Positions 29,479-39,682 of a DNA stretch of 52,779 nucleotides are shown one piece after another; the stretch's first letter is position 1; each line of letters begins with the position of its first letter. A program made the translations under genes and the position numbers. The notes beneath the pieces are model-generated. The model saw nothing but the letters and a program-made list of their open reading frames with translations. It searched no databases and was not told the DNA's origin. The stretch covers positions 1-52,779 of the IMG/VR virus record IMGVR_UViG_3300014827_000174. One strand, written 5' to 3'. Source of the DNA: a virus (Duplodnaviria > Caudoviricetes).

Positions 29479-31167
29479 CTAGAGCAGACTTCTCATACCA
29501 CGTTTTTCATAGATGGATTTTTCCTCTATGAGCACCGCCCGAGCGTGCGCGTTAATTAGGGCCGCGATGGGATCAATCCTGTGCGTAGATTTTGACTTGT
29601 CCAGCATAAAGGTTTCATTGGGAGCCATTTTGGTGATTGAATTACCAATCGCCCACGTTAAGACTGGGTTGTTGTTGTGTACCACGTTTCCCTTGTACAC
29701 TTCTTCTCGGAAGCTCTTTGTTGGCTCCCCCAAAGACTGCATTCCTTGTCTGATATCGACGCATGTATACCCAAGGTTTGTCATTTCCGTACCAAACATA
29801 TTGGCATTCCATTTGTCGTAACAAAGTTCCTTGGGTATAAAACCCAGTTCCTTGGTGGTGGAGTTGATGTACTCCATCACAAAGGCATAGTCCACAACTT
29901 CTCCTGGGGTTAGAGTGATCCAACCTTGCTCCACCCACAAACCATAAGGAACTTTATCTGTCGACATCTTTTCTTTTAACTTTTCTTCAGGCATGAACGA
30001 GTGACATAGCACGTAATATTTATTGTCAATCTTGAACTCATGGGCCACGCTGGTTAGGTCTAAGGTGGCCGATAAGTCCGCGCCGATAATACAATTTTTA
30101 CCCCGCAGCATTTCCAAGTCGAAGTCCTGCCCACATTTAGCCCACTTGCTAAGATCCATATATCCAAACTCCCTCATTTGTACCCACCGGTTAACGGTCT
30201 TTGTGAGGAAATCGCGCATCTTTTCAGGTGCTTCTAACGCTAGATCGAGCCTTCGCCTGATGGACTCGACCCCCTCAGGGTAGGAACACACAATTGGGTT
30301 AGCTTTGGCCCATACTGTTTCGTCCTTTATGTCGTCATCTGCGTCGATCTCGTTCACCATGACGAAATAATTTTCGTTCTCATAAGGGTTGTCGGGGTCG
30401 AGTATGTGTGTGATGAGTTTATATTCAACTGAATAACAAGGATTCGCCAGGTTAAACCCGGCGGTGGTTATGACCATTAGTAAGGGTTGGGGCCTTGCGA
30501 CCATGCCGCTGTCGATGATGTCATACATCTCACTGGTTTTGTGCGCATGATATTCGTCTATAACTCCGCACTGAGGATTTAGTCCGTCTCCGGTTTTCTC
30601 ATCCTCTTTACTTAGTGCGTCCATGATCGATCCAGTTTTGATGTGCTTGATCTGGCCGTAGGCAATTTTGAACTTTCCTTTTAAATCGGGGCATCCCAGA
30701 AGCATGGCTTCTGTTTCTTCCCAAACGATCCGGGCTTGTTTCCTTTTGGTCGCGGTGCAGTAAACCTCGGAGGTTCCTTCCCCGAAGGCCATTAGTTCGT
30801 AACTCCCCACGCACGCCAGGGATTGTGATTTTGCATTTTTTCGGCCTACTTGCCAATATGCTTTACTGAATCTGCGGTATCCGGTATCCTTGTGAACCCA
30901 TCCATATATGTTCCCAAACACAAACTTTTGAATGGCATGCGGTTCAATGTGCTGACCCTTGAGGACTCCTTTGCGGTGCTTGAATATCCGCATCCAATCG
31001 AGAAACTTTTCTGCTTTTTCCTCGACAAAAACAAAAGGAAACCCTACGGTTTCCTGATTGGCTATGTCATTGAGAAATCTTTGACAGGCCCATTTATGTT
31101 TCTGGCAAGAAATTATTTCATCGGATAGAACGGCCTCTGAATACTTGATTAGTTCTTCCGTTAGCAT
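29479..31167 (-). CDS. terL: terminase large subunit
   Basis: GRKNAKS Walker A, VIDEYH Walker B, ITTAG, GADLS, RIDP. Confidence 0.95.
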   Translation of the reverse strand: MLTEELIKYSEAVLSDEIISCQKHKWACQRFLNDIANQETVGFPFVFVEEKAEKFLDWMRIFKHRKGVLKGQHIEPHAIQKFVFGNIYGWVHKDTGYRRFSKAYWQVGRKNAKSQSLACVGSYELMAFGEGTSEVYCTATKRKQARIVWEETEAMLLGCPDLKGKFKIAYGQIKHIKTGSIMDALSKEDEKTGDGLNPQCGVIDEYHAHKTSEMYDIIDSGMVARPQPLLMVITTAGFNLANPCYSVEYKLITHILDPDNPYENENYFVMVNEIDADDDIKDETVWAKANPIVCSYPEGVESIRRRLDLALEAPEKMRDFLTKTVNRWVQMREFGYMDLSKWAKCGQDFDLEMLRGKNCIIGADLSATLDLTSVAHEFKIDNKYYVLCHSFMPEEKLKEKMSTDKVPYGLWVEQGWITLTPGEVVDYAFVMEYINSTTKELGFIPKELCYDKWNANMFGTEMTNLGYTCVDIRQGMQSLGEPTKSFREEVYKGNVVHNNNPVLTWAIGNSITKMAPNETFMLDKSKSTHRIDPIAALINAHARAVLIEEKSIYEKRGMRSLL

Positions 31168-31664
31168 TACACATCACCGAATTTCCTCTCGAACTCCGTC
31201 GGTGGCTTAATTAGTTCTTTAGGGTTTGCCAGTCTCAACCTTGCCGCAGGAGTCAGTCCGAATTCAGTACAGTATCGTTTATATATCTCACCATATTTAT
31301 TTGATAAGGCCACGTAGGGGTTGGGTACTATGTTTTTATTCCCGCCCTTGTTTGTGTAAGTTACCAGCATCCCATGTTTCTCGATTTCATTATTTGATTT
31401 AATGAACTTAGAAAAAGCATCGCAGCAAATGGCAAGTGCCCCCACGTCTACGTTGGTCAATAAATCCATTTCCTGTAGTTCTCGGCTTAATATTTTCCAG
31501 TGTTTTTTTGAATCGGGGTCGAGCCAAGTTGGGCATCGGACTTTGTCCCTGTTGGGTTGGTATTTTTGTTCAAGTCGTCTTCGGGCTTCGATTTCGGCTT
31601 TAGTTAGATGTTTTCTTCCATCCAATACAACCACATCGATTGGCTTTGGTGGTCTGCCTGCCAT
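31167..31664 (-). CDS. terS: terminase small subunit, P27 family
   Basis: GRPPKP, CPTWL, NP, EFGLTPAAR. Confidence 0.92.
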   Translation of the reverse strand: MAGRPPKPIDVVVLDGRKHLTKAEIEARRRLEQKYQPNRDKVRCPTWLDPDSKKHWKILSRELQEMDLLTNVDVGALAICCDAFSKFIKSNNEIEKHGMLVTYTNKGGNKNIVPNPYVALSNKYGEIYKRYCTEFGLTPAARLRLANPKELIKPPTEFERKFGDV

Positions 31665-31782
31665 GATATCTCTCCTTTCTTACCCCCCTTTTGGTTTATA
31701 AAGGGAATTTTTTGCGAGCTGACCTTGGCATCGGTCCCGCTTTGATAGGCTATAAGGAAATGAACCCCCCTACCCCTCGGTG

Positions 31783-32130
31783 TCACTCACCCTTGCCAGT
31801 CCTAACGCTGTGACATGCTTTGCACAAGCACATTAAATTGCTCTTCACCAACCGCAGCGCGGGGTTCTCCCTTACCTTCTTGATGTGGTGTACCTCACTC
31901 GCTGATGTCAACCTCCCGCTACTTAAACAGTCGTGGCACAAGGGGTCTTTCCGAAGAACTAGTTTCCGTAACCTCTCCCAGTTGCGATCGTACCCGCGTT
32001 GCCTCGCCGATCCTCTGTACCTTTCGTACTCATTGACAACGTGCTGATGATCAGCGCATTGCCCATTTGCTTCACCTGTTAGTTGGGTACATCCTATCTG
32101 TTTGCAGGGCCTAAGTGCTCTCTCTGGCAT
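31783..32130 (-). CDS. terminase-associated HNH endonuclease
   Basis: RGYDRNW, CHDC, EVHH, NLMCLCKACHS. Confidence 0.92.
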   Translation of the reverse strand: MPERALRPCKQIGCTQLTGEANGQCADHQHVVNEYERYRGSARQRGYDRNWERLRKLVLRKDPLCHDCLSSGRLTSASEVHHIKKVRENPALRLVKSNLMCLCKACHSVRTGKGE

Positions 32131-32132
32131 AC

Positions 32133-33386
32133 TTACTCACCCACATCTTGGTAGGATATCGTTTTCCCACCACGCAATAAAAAAACACCAGCATCGCTGC
32201 CAGCGCTTTCGACGAACCTTTTCACAATAACATCGGCATACTTTTCGTCGAGTTCCATTGAGTGGCACACTCTTTCTGTCTGCTCTGCCGCGAGGATCGT
32301 CGTCCCAGAACCACCAAACAGGTCGAGAACCAAATCGCCTTTATGACTTGAGTTGAGGATGGCCTTTGCCACCAATACAATCGGCTTCATCGTCGGATGC
32401 AGTTCGGATCGCTTCGGCCTTGGTATATCCCAAACGTCGGTCTGCTTTCTATCTTCAAGAGGTACAAGCCTGGCGCTGCCCTCCAACCATCCATACCATA
32501 TCGGTTCGTATTGAGTGTGGTAATCCTTTCGGGATAATACCAGCGAGTCCTTTCTCCAAATGACTGTACTCGACCAGTGGTATCCTGCGTCGGTCAAAAC
32601 ATTCATTAGGCTGCCCCACTCCTGGGCACTCATGACCACATAGGTCATGCAGCCCGGTTCGCACACAGCTTTCATAGCACTGAAGGTTTTCTCCATAAAT
32701 TCCTTGAATTGATCGGTCGGCATACTGTCGTTAAGTATTGTGCGCGACTTCCAGCTTGGGTGATTGGTACTGGAACCATAGTCAACATTCCAAGGCGGGT
32801 CTGTAAAAACGTGCCGGGCCCTTTTGCCGTTCATAAGAACTCCGACATCTTCAGGAGAAGTGCTATCCCCACACATCAATCGGTGCTTCCCGAGGAGCCA
32901 AACGTCGCCGCGCTGACTTATTGGGGTTTTAATATCCGCAAGTGCCTTATCCGCGTCGAAGTCGTCTTCTTCAATGTCCTCACTTGTGGGGTCAGTCTCA
33001 ACAAGTAATTCGCTTAGGTCAAAACCCGTTAGAGAAACATCAAATCCGCTGTCGCTGAGGTCTTTCAACAGGTCCTCTAAAAGTGGGGCATCCCACTCGC
33101 CGGATACCTTATTGAGTGCAATATTCAGGGCCTTTTCCTTTTGCACATCCATATCAACCACAACACAGTCAACTTCCGTTGCACCTTGCTCAGTCAATAT
33201 TTTAAATCGTTGATGGCCTCCCACAATGCTTCCTGTTCGCTTGTTCCAAATAACGGGTTCAACGTATCCAAATTCCTCGATGCTCCTTCGGAGTTTCTCA
33301 TACTCTGGATCACCGGGCTTTAGGTCTTTGCGGGGATTGTATTTTGCTGCCTTTAATTGATTGATGGGTATTTTCTGTATGTCCAT
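32133..33386 (-). CDS. ParB-like N-domain + N6A/N4C DNA methyltransferase
   Basis: YNPRK...VGGHQR; DPPW motif IV before DLFGGSGTT motif I; HPTMKP. Confidence 0.9.
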   Translation of the reverse strand: MDIQKIPINQLKAAKYNPRKDLKPGDPEYEKLRRSIEEFGYVEPVIWNKRTGSIVGGHQRFKILTEQGATEVDCVVVDMDVQKEKALNIALNKVSGEWDAPLLEDLLKDLSDSGFDVSLTGFDLSELLVETDPTSEDIEEDDFDADKALADIKTPISQRGDVWLLGKHRLMCGDSTSPEDVGVLMNGKRARHVFTDPPWNVDYGSSTNHPSWKSRTILNDSMPTDQFKEFMEKTFSAMKAVCEPGCMTYVVMSAQEWGSLMNVLTDAGYHWSSTVIWRKDSLVLSRKDYHTQYEPIWYGWLEGSARLVPLEDRKQTDVWDIPRPKRSELHPTMKPIVLVAKAILNSSHKGDLVLDLFGGSGTTILAAEQTERVCHSMELDEKYADVIVKRFVESAGSDAGVFLLRGGKTISYQDVGE

Positions 33387-33660
33387 GTTTTCCTCCCAAA
33401 CTTAAGAACGTGCTGGTGTAGCGCGTAGTAATAATAAAGCCGTTAAGAAACCTTGTTTCGAAAAAATCGGGCATAAATGTGTTTTTCCATACGGTAGTAT
33501 GAATAGTAGATGCCATACTTGATTTCATTGGAGTAACAACCAGTGCTCAGCATTAGTAGTGATAATGGAGTGACTGATGATTATGAATCCTTAAGATTAA
33601 TTAAGTTAGCTAAATGATACTTTTTCATATAACCATTCCATTTACCTGTTTCCACGCATA

Positions 33661-33695
33661 GAAAAAGCCCCTGGAAATCGTGTTTCCAAAGGCCT
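33661..33695 (-). terminator. terminator-like hairpin after the ArpU-like gene
   Basis: tggaaa/tttcca core stem with flanking pairing and a T run on the minus strand. Confidence 0.5.
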
Positions 33696-33720
33696 CATTG
33701 TTTTCATTTCTTTCATACTA

Positions 33721-34155
33721 CTATTTTATCACATGACGAGCGGACAAAGCGGACAGCTTTTGATTCTTTTTGCAAAACCTGTCATGCGCTTTCCGCACAC
33801 TGCTCTCCGTAGCATAAACGCTGATGCTTGCCGCTACTTGATTCCAAGTGAGTCCATTTACGTATCGAAGAGCAATAATCTGCCGCATTTCACTGTCATC
33901 AATGCTTTGTATATAGCGGTTAATCCTGTTTAGCTCGTAAAAGCACTTCTTAATGTTAAGATCGATAAGTCCCTTGAGGTCAATAATTTCTGCCACATAC
34001 TTACACAACCTCTCCGTGATGCCGGAACTTCCAGGCATACCCGTAATGTGCGAAGTGCATGAGGTAGCAAGACATTCCAACTCATCAAGCCGTCGTTGCT
34101 GTTCTTCAATTTCCCTATTCAGCGAATAAAGCTGTGACAGTTCTTTTTTCGTCAT
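33721..34155 (-). CDS. ArpU/RinA-like late transcriptional regulator
   Basis: LRYVNGLTWNQVA C-terminal HTH; position before the packaging genes. Confidence 0.8.
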   Translation of the reverse strand: MTKKELSQLYSLNREIEEQQRRLDELECLATSCTSHITGMPGSSGITERLCKYVAEIIDLKGLIDLNIKKCFYELNRINRYIQSIDDSEMRQIIALRYVNGLTWNQVAASISVYATESSVRKAHDRFCKKNQKLSALSARHVIK

Positions 34156-35509
34156 GCAATTCCTCCTTAAGGCATACCTTTACTGCATCAATCAAAGCAG
34201 CCTGGGTTGTATCCTTACATTTTAAAGCTTTCATGATATCTTCATCGATGGTTCCTTTTGCGATAAGGTGGTGAATGACCACTGTATCTGAAGCTTGTCC
34301 TTGCCTCCAAAGACGGGCATTTGTCTGCTGATACAGTTCAAGACTCCAGGTTAACCCGAACCAAATGAGGGTTGACCCTCCCGCCTGAAGGTTGAGACCA
34401 TGTCCTGCAGAAGCAGGATGAATAACTGCTACTGGTATTTCTCCGCTATTCCACCGCTTTATGGAATCCGCGCTGTCAAGCTTCACAACTTCAAATCGCT
34501 TGCATATATGTTCAAGGTCATGCTTAAACCAATACGCCACTAGTACGGGCTTTCCGTTTGCCGCTTCGATTAGATCCTCAAGGGTATCCAGCTTGCGGTC
34601 ATGAATGTGAATGACTTTACCACCCTCGCCGTAGACCGCACCGTTTGCCATTTGTACCAGCTTGTTTGAAAGTCCCACAGCACTGGCGGCATCCACATCA
34701 TCGCCGTTCATTGTTAGTACCAGATCAGTCTTTAAGGTTTTATAGCAAGCCATTTCACTTTCCGACAGCCTTACGGGGTATTCACTGTAGCTGCATTCAG
34801 GCATCTTGAGAAAGTCAGTGCTTTTCATGCTGATGGTGATGTCGGAAACAAGCCTGTATATTGCTTCCTCCGCACCAGGCCTTGGCTTATATGAAAAGAC
34901 TATTTGCTGATTCCGTTTATCCGGCACGAAGTAGTTATTGCGATAGTGAGATATGAACCGTCCAAGTCTTTGTCCCAAATCAAGAATGCGGTACTCTGCC
35001 CATAAATCCATGAGTCCGTTTGAAGAAGGCGTTCCGGTTAATCCGACAACCTTTCTGATCGTAGGTCTTACCGACAGTAGACTGCGGAACCGTTTTGCCT
35101 GGTATGACTTGAATGAACTTAATTCATCAATGACCAGCATCTCGTAATCAAATGGAAGTTCACTTTTTTCTACCAGCCACTCCACATTTTCACGGTTAAT
35201 CATGTAAATGTCAGCTTTCTGCAAAAGCGCTGCTTTCCTTTGTGCTTCGCTACCAATCGCCACTGAGTAATTTAGGCCTTTGAGGTGATCCCATTTTTCG
35301 ATCTCAGCAGGCCAGGTATCTCTTGCCACTCGTAGTGGAGCAACTACCAGCACTTTTCGTATTTCAAAGCTATCAAATAACAAGTTAAATATTGCAGTAA
35401 GCGTTATTACACTTTTACCAAGTCCCATATCCAGGAAAATAGCAGATACGGGATGACGGGTGATGTACTCCGTTGCATAAACTTGATAGTTATGAGCTTC
35501 GTATTTCAT
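34115..35509 (-). CDS. SNF2-family helicase
   Basis: DMGLGKS, VIDELS, LTGTP, HGLNLQ, QTNARLWRQGQ; probable ATG 35509. Confidence 0.92.
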   Translation of the reverse strand: MKYEAHNYQVYATEYITRHPVSAIFLDMGLGKSVITLTAIFNLLFDSFEIRKVLVVAPLRVARDTWPAEIEKWDHLKGLNYSVAIGSEAQRKAALLQKADIYMINRENVEWLVEKSELPFDYEMLVIDELSSFKSYQAKRFRSLLSVRPTIRKVVGLTGTPSSNGLMDLWAEYRILDLGQRLGRFISHYRNNYFVPDKRNQQIVFSYKPRPGAEEAIYRLVSDITISMKSTDFLKMPECSYSEYPVRLSESEMACYKTLKTDLVLTMNGDDVDAASAVGLSNKLVQMANGAVYGEGGKVIHIHDRKLDTLEDLIEAANGKPVLVAYWFKHDLEHICKRFEVVKLDSADSIKRWNSGEIPVAVIHPASAGHGLNLQAGGSTLIWFGLTWSLELYQQTNARLWRQGQASDTVVIHHLIAKGTIDEDIMKALKCKDTTQAALIDAVKVCLKEELHDEKRTVTALFAE

Positions 35510-35771
35510 CGAGTATCCCTCCAATCTGTGTGATTTCATCTATGCAGTAAACCGAAAAGCCGAGTGACTCTAACTGGCTTTTTCGCTTTACCTGAAGTGG
35601 CCTTAAGGTTTTGCCCGGTGCCTTCAGTTCAACGAAGGCAAATTTCCTACCGGGTAGAAGAACCAAACGGTCGGGCAATCCATCTAAACTAGGTGATATA
35701 AGCTTGATGGCAAGGCCACCCATTTCTCTTACTACTTTTTTTAGTTTATTTTCAATCATGCTTTCTCTCAT
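35490..35771 (-). CDS. VRR-NUC domain nuclease
   Basis: GLPDRLVL...FVELKAPG. Confidence 0.9.
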   Translation of the reverse strand: MRESMIENKLKKVVREMGGLAIKLISPSLDGLPDRLVLLPGRKFAFVELKAPGKTLRPLQVKRKSQLESLGFSVYCIDEITQIGGILDEIRSS

Positions 35772-35792
35772 TGCTTCACCTTCCATGTAATC

Positions 35793-36053
35793 TGTTCCGA
35801 TGAAACGTCTCGCGCGTGTATATAGGTAAAATGCCTGTATATGATGCTCTTGTTCTATTTATCTTATATTTTCAATTTATATATAAGTTTTGGAACAATG
35901 GTACAGGGTAGCTGTTTTCTCATATATATAAAGGGTTTATTGCTGTTCCGAGAAAAGAATTTATTGGTTCATCTTGTTTCATCGGAACAGCTGTTTTTTG
36001 TTCCATTTATGTGAGTGTTCCAAATGTTCCTACCATTTCAGTCCATTGGAACA
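35793..36053. repeat. candidate replication origin: eight TGTTCC/GGAACA hexamers around an AT-rich core
   Basis: Copies at 35793, 35892, 35944, 35984, 35999, 36016, 36025, 36048. Confidence 0.55.
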
Positions 36054-38386
36054 TATAGCCGCTGTGGTCCGTACAGTGGAATGCGGTCTTTCTTTATAAG
36101 CTTGCTCCAGCCGCCGATACGAGCCATTATTGATGAGATGTTGCTGCTTTCAATTCTGTTAAGGTTGGCTCGGTCTTTGCCAAAGCACTCGCACCAGATT
36201 TCAATATTGGACACAGACTCACGACGGTAGATACCTTGCTTATCGACGCCACCAAAATCACTGCCATTTAGGAAATTGCGTCGTTCAAATAAATCCATGC
36301 TTGTCCAATCCTCCGGTAAAAGTGCATCAAGGTATTCACGCACCAGGCCTTCACGCTCATCACTTTCCATTGCTTCTCGCTGCTCAGCTTTTGCGAGATC
36401 TTCCATATCTGCTTCAAGGTAGAGTTTTTCACCCTTATTAACATATATAAGAACCTCTGCCCATATCTGTAGTGCTTCCTGCTGTGTCATCTGCCATGAA
36501 GGTCTACCGCTGCCGCCAGGTGTTTTAACTGGCCAGAATCTACGGTTTCCCGTAGTATCGCGCAGATACCCTTTCTCGGCATTGGTTGTACCAAAGAAAA
36601 TGCACTGTCTAAAGTGAGGAGTGGCTCTCTTACCAAAGCTAGCGCGATAGATGTCGTTTTGTCTTGTCAGAAAGCTACGGAGCGTTTCCACCTCGGCTTT
36701 TTTAAGCCCAGCTAGTTCACAGATCTCCAGTATCCAATAGCCCTGCAGTTTTTCTGCTGCGGTTTTGTCCTTGGTATCACCGAGGTTTAAACTGTCGGAA
36801 AACCAATCACCAGCAAGTTTTGATATTAGGGTACTTTTGCCGACGCCCTGCGGGCCATTTAGCACCAGCATGGAATCAAACTTGCAGCCGGGATGTAGCA
36901 CACGACTGATTGCCGCACAAAGCGTTTTTCTTGTAACGGCACGGACATATTTATTGTCCTCCGCCCCGAGGTAATCAATAAGCAGCGTTTCCACACGTTC
37001 TGTACCATCCCATTTCGGCAATGAGTCAATATACTCGCGGATAGGATGATAGGAACGGTCATCGGTTACAGTCATTACTGCCACATCATAATTTCTTTTG
37101 GAAAATACACCATAACTCGAATCAATATACCGGATTAGCTGCGCATCGTCAGCATCTCTCCAGAACTTCGATGGATGCGCCCACGGTACGGAATCCTTGA
37201 TTTCCATGCCATCAAGCAGTTGATTAAACACAATGCTTTTCAGACTTTCGTCATTTTCCAAAATAAGAGCGAGGTTTTGCAGAGTGTTTTGAATTGTTCC
37301 TGTTTTATCGAGTGATAGCTGACTTTGCCATTCGTCTGTATCCATAAATTCCTGTTTTGCCTGCGCCTTGCGCTCTTCGGCAAACTGCGACTTGACCCTT
37401 TCATCTTTTACTGCAAGTTCGCTCATAGCTTTGAAGGACGGCAGTTTGGAGGGAGGCGTGTTATCAGCTGCCTTATCATCAAGGCCGCTAAACTTGTGCA
37501 GCCTCACAAGGTCAAAAGTGTTCAGCAGCTTGCTACTGGCAGGATCAGTAGCGTGGTGCGAGAAGGCAAATTTGTTGTCATATACAACAAGACCTGCTGA
37601 GGAATCTGCAGGAATGTAGTCATAGCGACCTTCCATTACGCTTGGCTCATATACATCTGTTAGGAAGGTCTCAATGGCATCCTCAATGGGATAAGCCCTG
37701 CAGAAAGCGCCAACTACACCTTCTTTTGATAGGGGATCTGCCTGCTGTGTAATGCTGCGTTTTACCACCTCTGACTGACGAGATGACACCGGCCATGTTG
37801 AGGTATCCCTCCAATCCTTATACATTGCGAGATACTTGTCTGGGTCGAGCGGGGTTCCGTCTTTTTCTTTATAGAAGAATTCACCGTCTAATGGTGTAGA
37901 TGGCCAATACATAAGCCTTACTGGCTCGTAGGTGGTATCATCGAATAGATCTATCCCGATTTCCTTTGCCACCATGCGGCTAACCGCCGGATACTCGTCC
38001 TCCGATATTTCACGGGAGAGTGGAATAATTAGGCGAAGTCTTGGATTTTCATTTGTATGTTTATGTGTGGAATAAGTGCTGCACTTGAAATCATGAAGCA
38101 TGGTGATCCCATCCCAAATACCCGGTGTGGCATAGTCCATGTCGAGTGTCAGCAGGTCACGACAGAGGATATGGCCGTTTTTCCGTTTACCTTCCTTTAA
38201 CGCTCCTCCGACGAAACCTCCGACATCCTTAATTGCATCCTGCTTATTTTTTGTCATTTTCCTGTACTCCGATACAGTTTCTGTGGTGCGGATAGTGGCG
38301 CTCACACGGTTGCAGAAATCCTCCCATGAGATATCCTTGTTCTTCCACTTTTTATCCATACGGCTGTTGCCGACTGCTATTTTCAT
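36038..38386 (-). CDS. VirE (virulence-associated E) primase-helicase
   Basis: N-terminal LTLDMD/STHKH prim-pol motifs; GPQGVGKS Walker A; DTTGNRRFWPV. Confidence 0.9.
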   Translation of the reverse strand: MKIAVGNSRMDKKWKNKDISWEDFCNRVSATIRTTETVSEYRKMTKNKQDAIKDVGGFVGGALKEGKRKNGHILCRDLLTLDMDYATPGIWDGITMLHDFKCSTYSTHKHTNENPRLRLIIPLSREISEDEYPAVSRMVAKEIGIDLFDDTTYEPVRLMYWPSTPLDGEFFYKEKDGTPLDPDKYLAMYKDWRDTSTWPVSSRQSEVVKRSITQQADPLSKEGVVGAFCRAYPIEDAIETFLTDVYEPSVMEGRYDYIPADSSAGLVVYDNKFAFSHHATDPASSKLLNTFDLVRLHKFSGLDDKAADNTPPSKLPSFKAMSELAVKDERVKSQFAEERKAQAKQEFMDTDEWQSQLSLDKTGTIQNTLQNLALILENDESLKSIVFNQLLDGMEIKDSVPWAHPSKFWRDADDAQLIRYIDSSYGVFSKRNYDVAVMTVTDDRSYHPIREYIDSLPKWDGTERVETLLIDYLGAEDNKYVRAVTRKTLCAAISRVLHPGCKFDSMLVLNGPQGVGKSTLISKLAGDWFSDSLNLGDTKDKTAAEKLQGYWILEICELAGLKKAEVETLRSFLTRQNDIYRASFGKRATPHFRQCIFFGTTNAEKGYLRDTTGNRRFWPVKTPGGSGRPSWQMTQQEALQIWAEVLIYVNKGEKLYLEADMEDLAKAEQREAMESDEREGLVREYLDALLPEDWTSMDLFERRNFLNGSDFGGVDKQGIYRRESVSNIEIWCECFGKDRANLNRIESSNISSIMARIGGWSKLIKKDRIPLYGPQRLYVPMD

Positions 38387-38802
38387 TTAGGCCCTACCTC
38401 CTTGCAGTTTTCGGTGAAGTATCTGGTGGTAATATGATGCTTCGTTGCTTTATCGATTTCTGTTCGCATCCTGCTTGAGATATGACTACCAAACACCCAT
38501 ATCTGATAACATTTTCTAAGCCATACCATGCCACAATAAAGGCCCAATTTTCTCTCATCTGGGTCATGGTCATCCATTACCTGCGGGTATAGCAGATGAG
38601 GAGCAAAGGGTATTGCTCCTTTATCCACCGCGAACCGCAAGTATCTTTTTGCTTTATCGACATTAGTTTTTATATCTCCGGCGTAGGGTGAACAGATGAA
38701 CACGCAAGGTCTATAGCTTTTAGCTTTTTCATCTCGGACCACGTTGGCCAGCGCTTTTACTGCTGTTGGATCTGGGTAACCTTCTGCGTTGTACTTTTCC
38801 AT
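38383..38802 (-). CDS. DUF4406-like (nucleoside deoxyribosyltransferase-fold) protein
   Basis: EGYPDPTA, FICSPYAG, PFAPHLLYPQ. Confidence 0.7.
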   Translation of the reverse strand: MEKYNAEGYPDPTAVKALANVVRDEKAKSYRPCVFICSPYAGDIKTNVDKAKRYLRFAVDKGAIPFAPHLLYPQVMDDHDPDERKLGLYCGMVWLRKCYQIWVFGSHISSRMRTEIDKATKHHITTRYFTENCKEVGPK

Positions 38803-38814
38803 AGCTACAGCACC

Positions 38815-39597
38815 TCAACATTCATATTCTTGTTCAATGAGCGGGAGGATACTATGTGATTTCAGCAGTTCGTAGATGAATAAACGGCCTTTCTGAGTCC
38901 AGTAAGTATGGACCTTTGAGTGCATGGTTCCGTCGCTTGCTGGATAACTATGAGTCCTGGTTGCGGTATATCCTTGCTGAGCGTGTTTCTGATAGATAAG
39001 CCAGATATTTCCCTGACGAAATTGCACACCCTGTTGGTGTAGATACTCATTAAGCCAGCGACCGGATCTCCCGTAATCTTTCGCAATTGATGTAATGGCG
39101 ACAGCATCTTTGCAGTTGAGCACAATATCGTAATAACTTGCTTTAGGCCGCATTTCAGTTATCTGCTGTTCCTGAATGCTGATGGACACTTCAAGAGCAG
39201 CATTTCTTGTCCTCTCTGCTTTGATTTCCTGTAATGCCCTGATCAAAGCGTCTGGATTGTCAAGCAGTTCATCAATCGCATAGAGTCCATGTTTTCGAAT
39301 AGAAGGAAGCACTTCACGGGTTACCCAACGTTTGAACTTCTTAGTTTCGGGTTTATCAGAGCGAAGAATCACATTGTAAAGACCGCTTTCGTTGATACCG
39401 ATCATTTCCTGTGCCCCACCAAGGGTGTCCACCCTGACCGACACCCTTTCGTCTGGGTCAAGTCTTTCCGCAGTGTCTCGGTAGTTAGATATGCCAAGCA
39501 CTGCACAAACATCTTTCAGTACCCACAATGTATCCCCGCTGTTCCGAACGGTACGCACCTCTTTACCTTCGTAGCTGAAAATTGTTAAATTGTTCAT
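38815..39597 (-). CDS. phage antirepressor (BRO-N + KilAC)
   Basis: INESGLY, FKRWVTREVLPSIRKHG, WTQKGRLFIY. Confidence 0.92.
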   Translation of the reverse strand: MNNLTIFSYEGKEVRTVRNSGDTLWVLKDVCAVLGISNYRDTAERLDPDERVSVRVDTLGGAQEMIGINESGLYNVILRSDKPETKKFKRWVTREVLPSIRKHGLYAIDELLDNPDALIRALQEIKAERTRNAALEVSISIQEQQITEMRPKASYYDIVLNCKDAVAITSIAKDYGRSGRWLNEYLHQQGVQFRQGNIWLIYQKHAQQGYTATRTHSYPASDGTMHSKVHTYWTQKGRLFIYELLKSHSILPLIEQEYEC

Positions 39598-39641
39598 AGT
39601 GGCCTCCTGCTATAGTTGTAGGGCGCATGATTTGCCCTCAT

Positions 39642-39673
39642 CTATTAGCGAAAAATGGGAGGTATTCGAACCC
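39642..39673 (-). promoter_or_regulatory. candidate phage-sigma promoter, copy 2
   Basis: GGGTTCGAA-N14-CGCTAATAG upstream of the antirepressor. Confidence 0.65.
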
Positions 39674-39682
39674 CCCAAAAAA

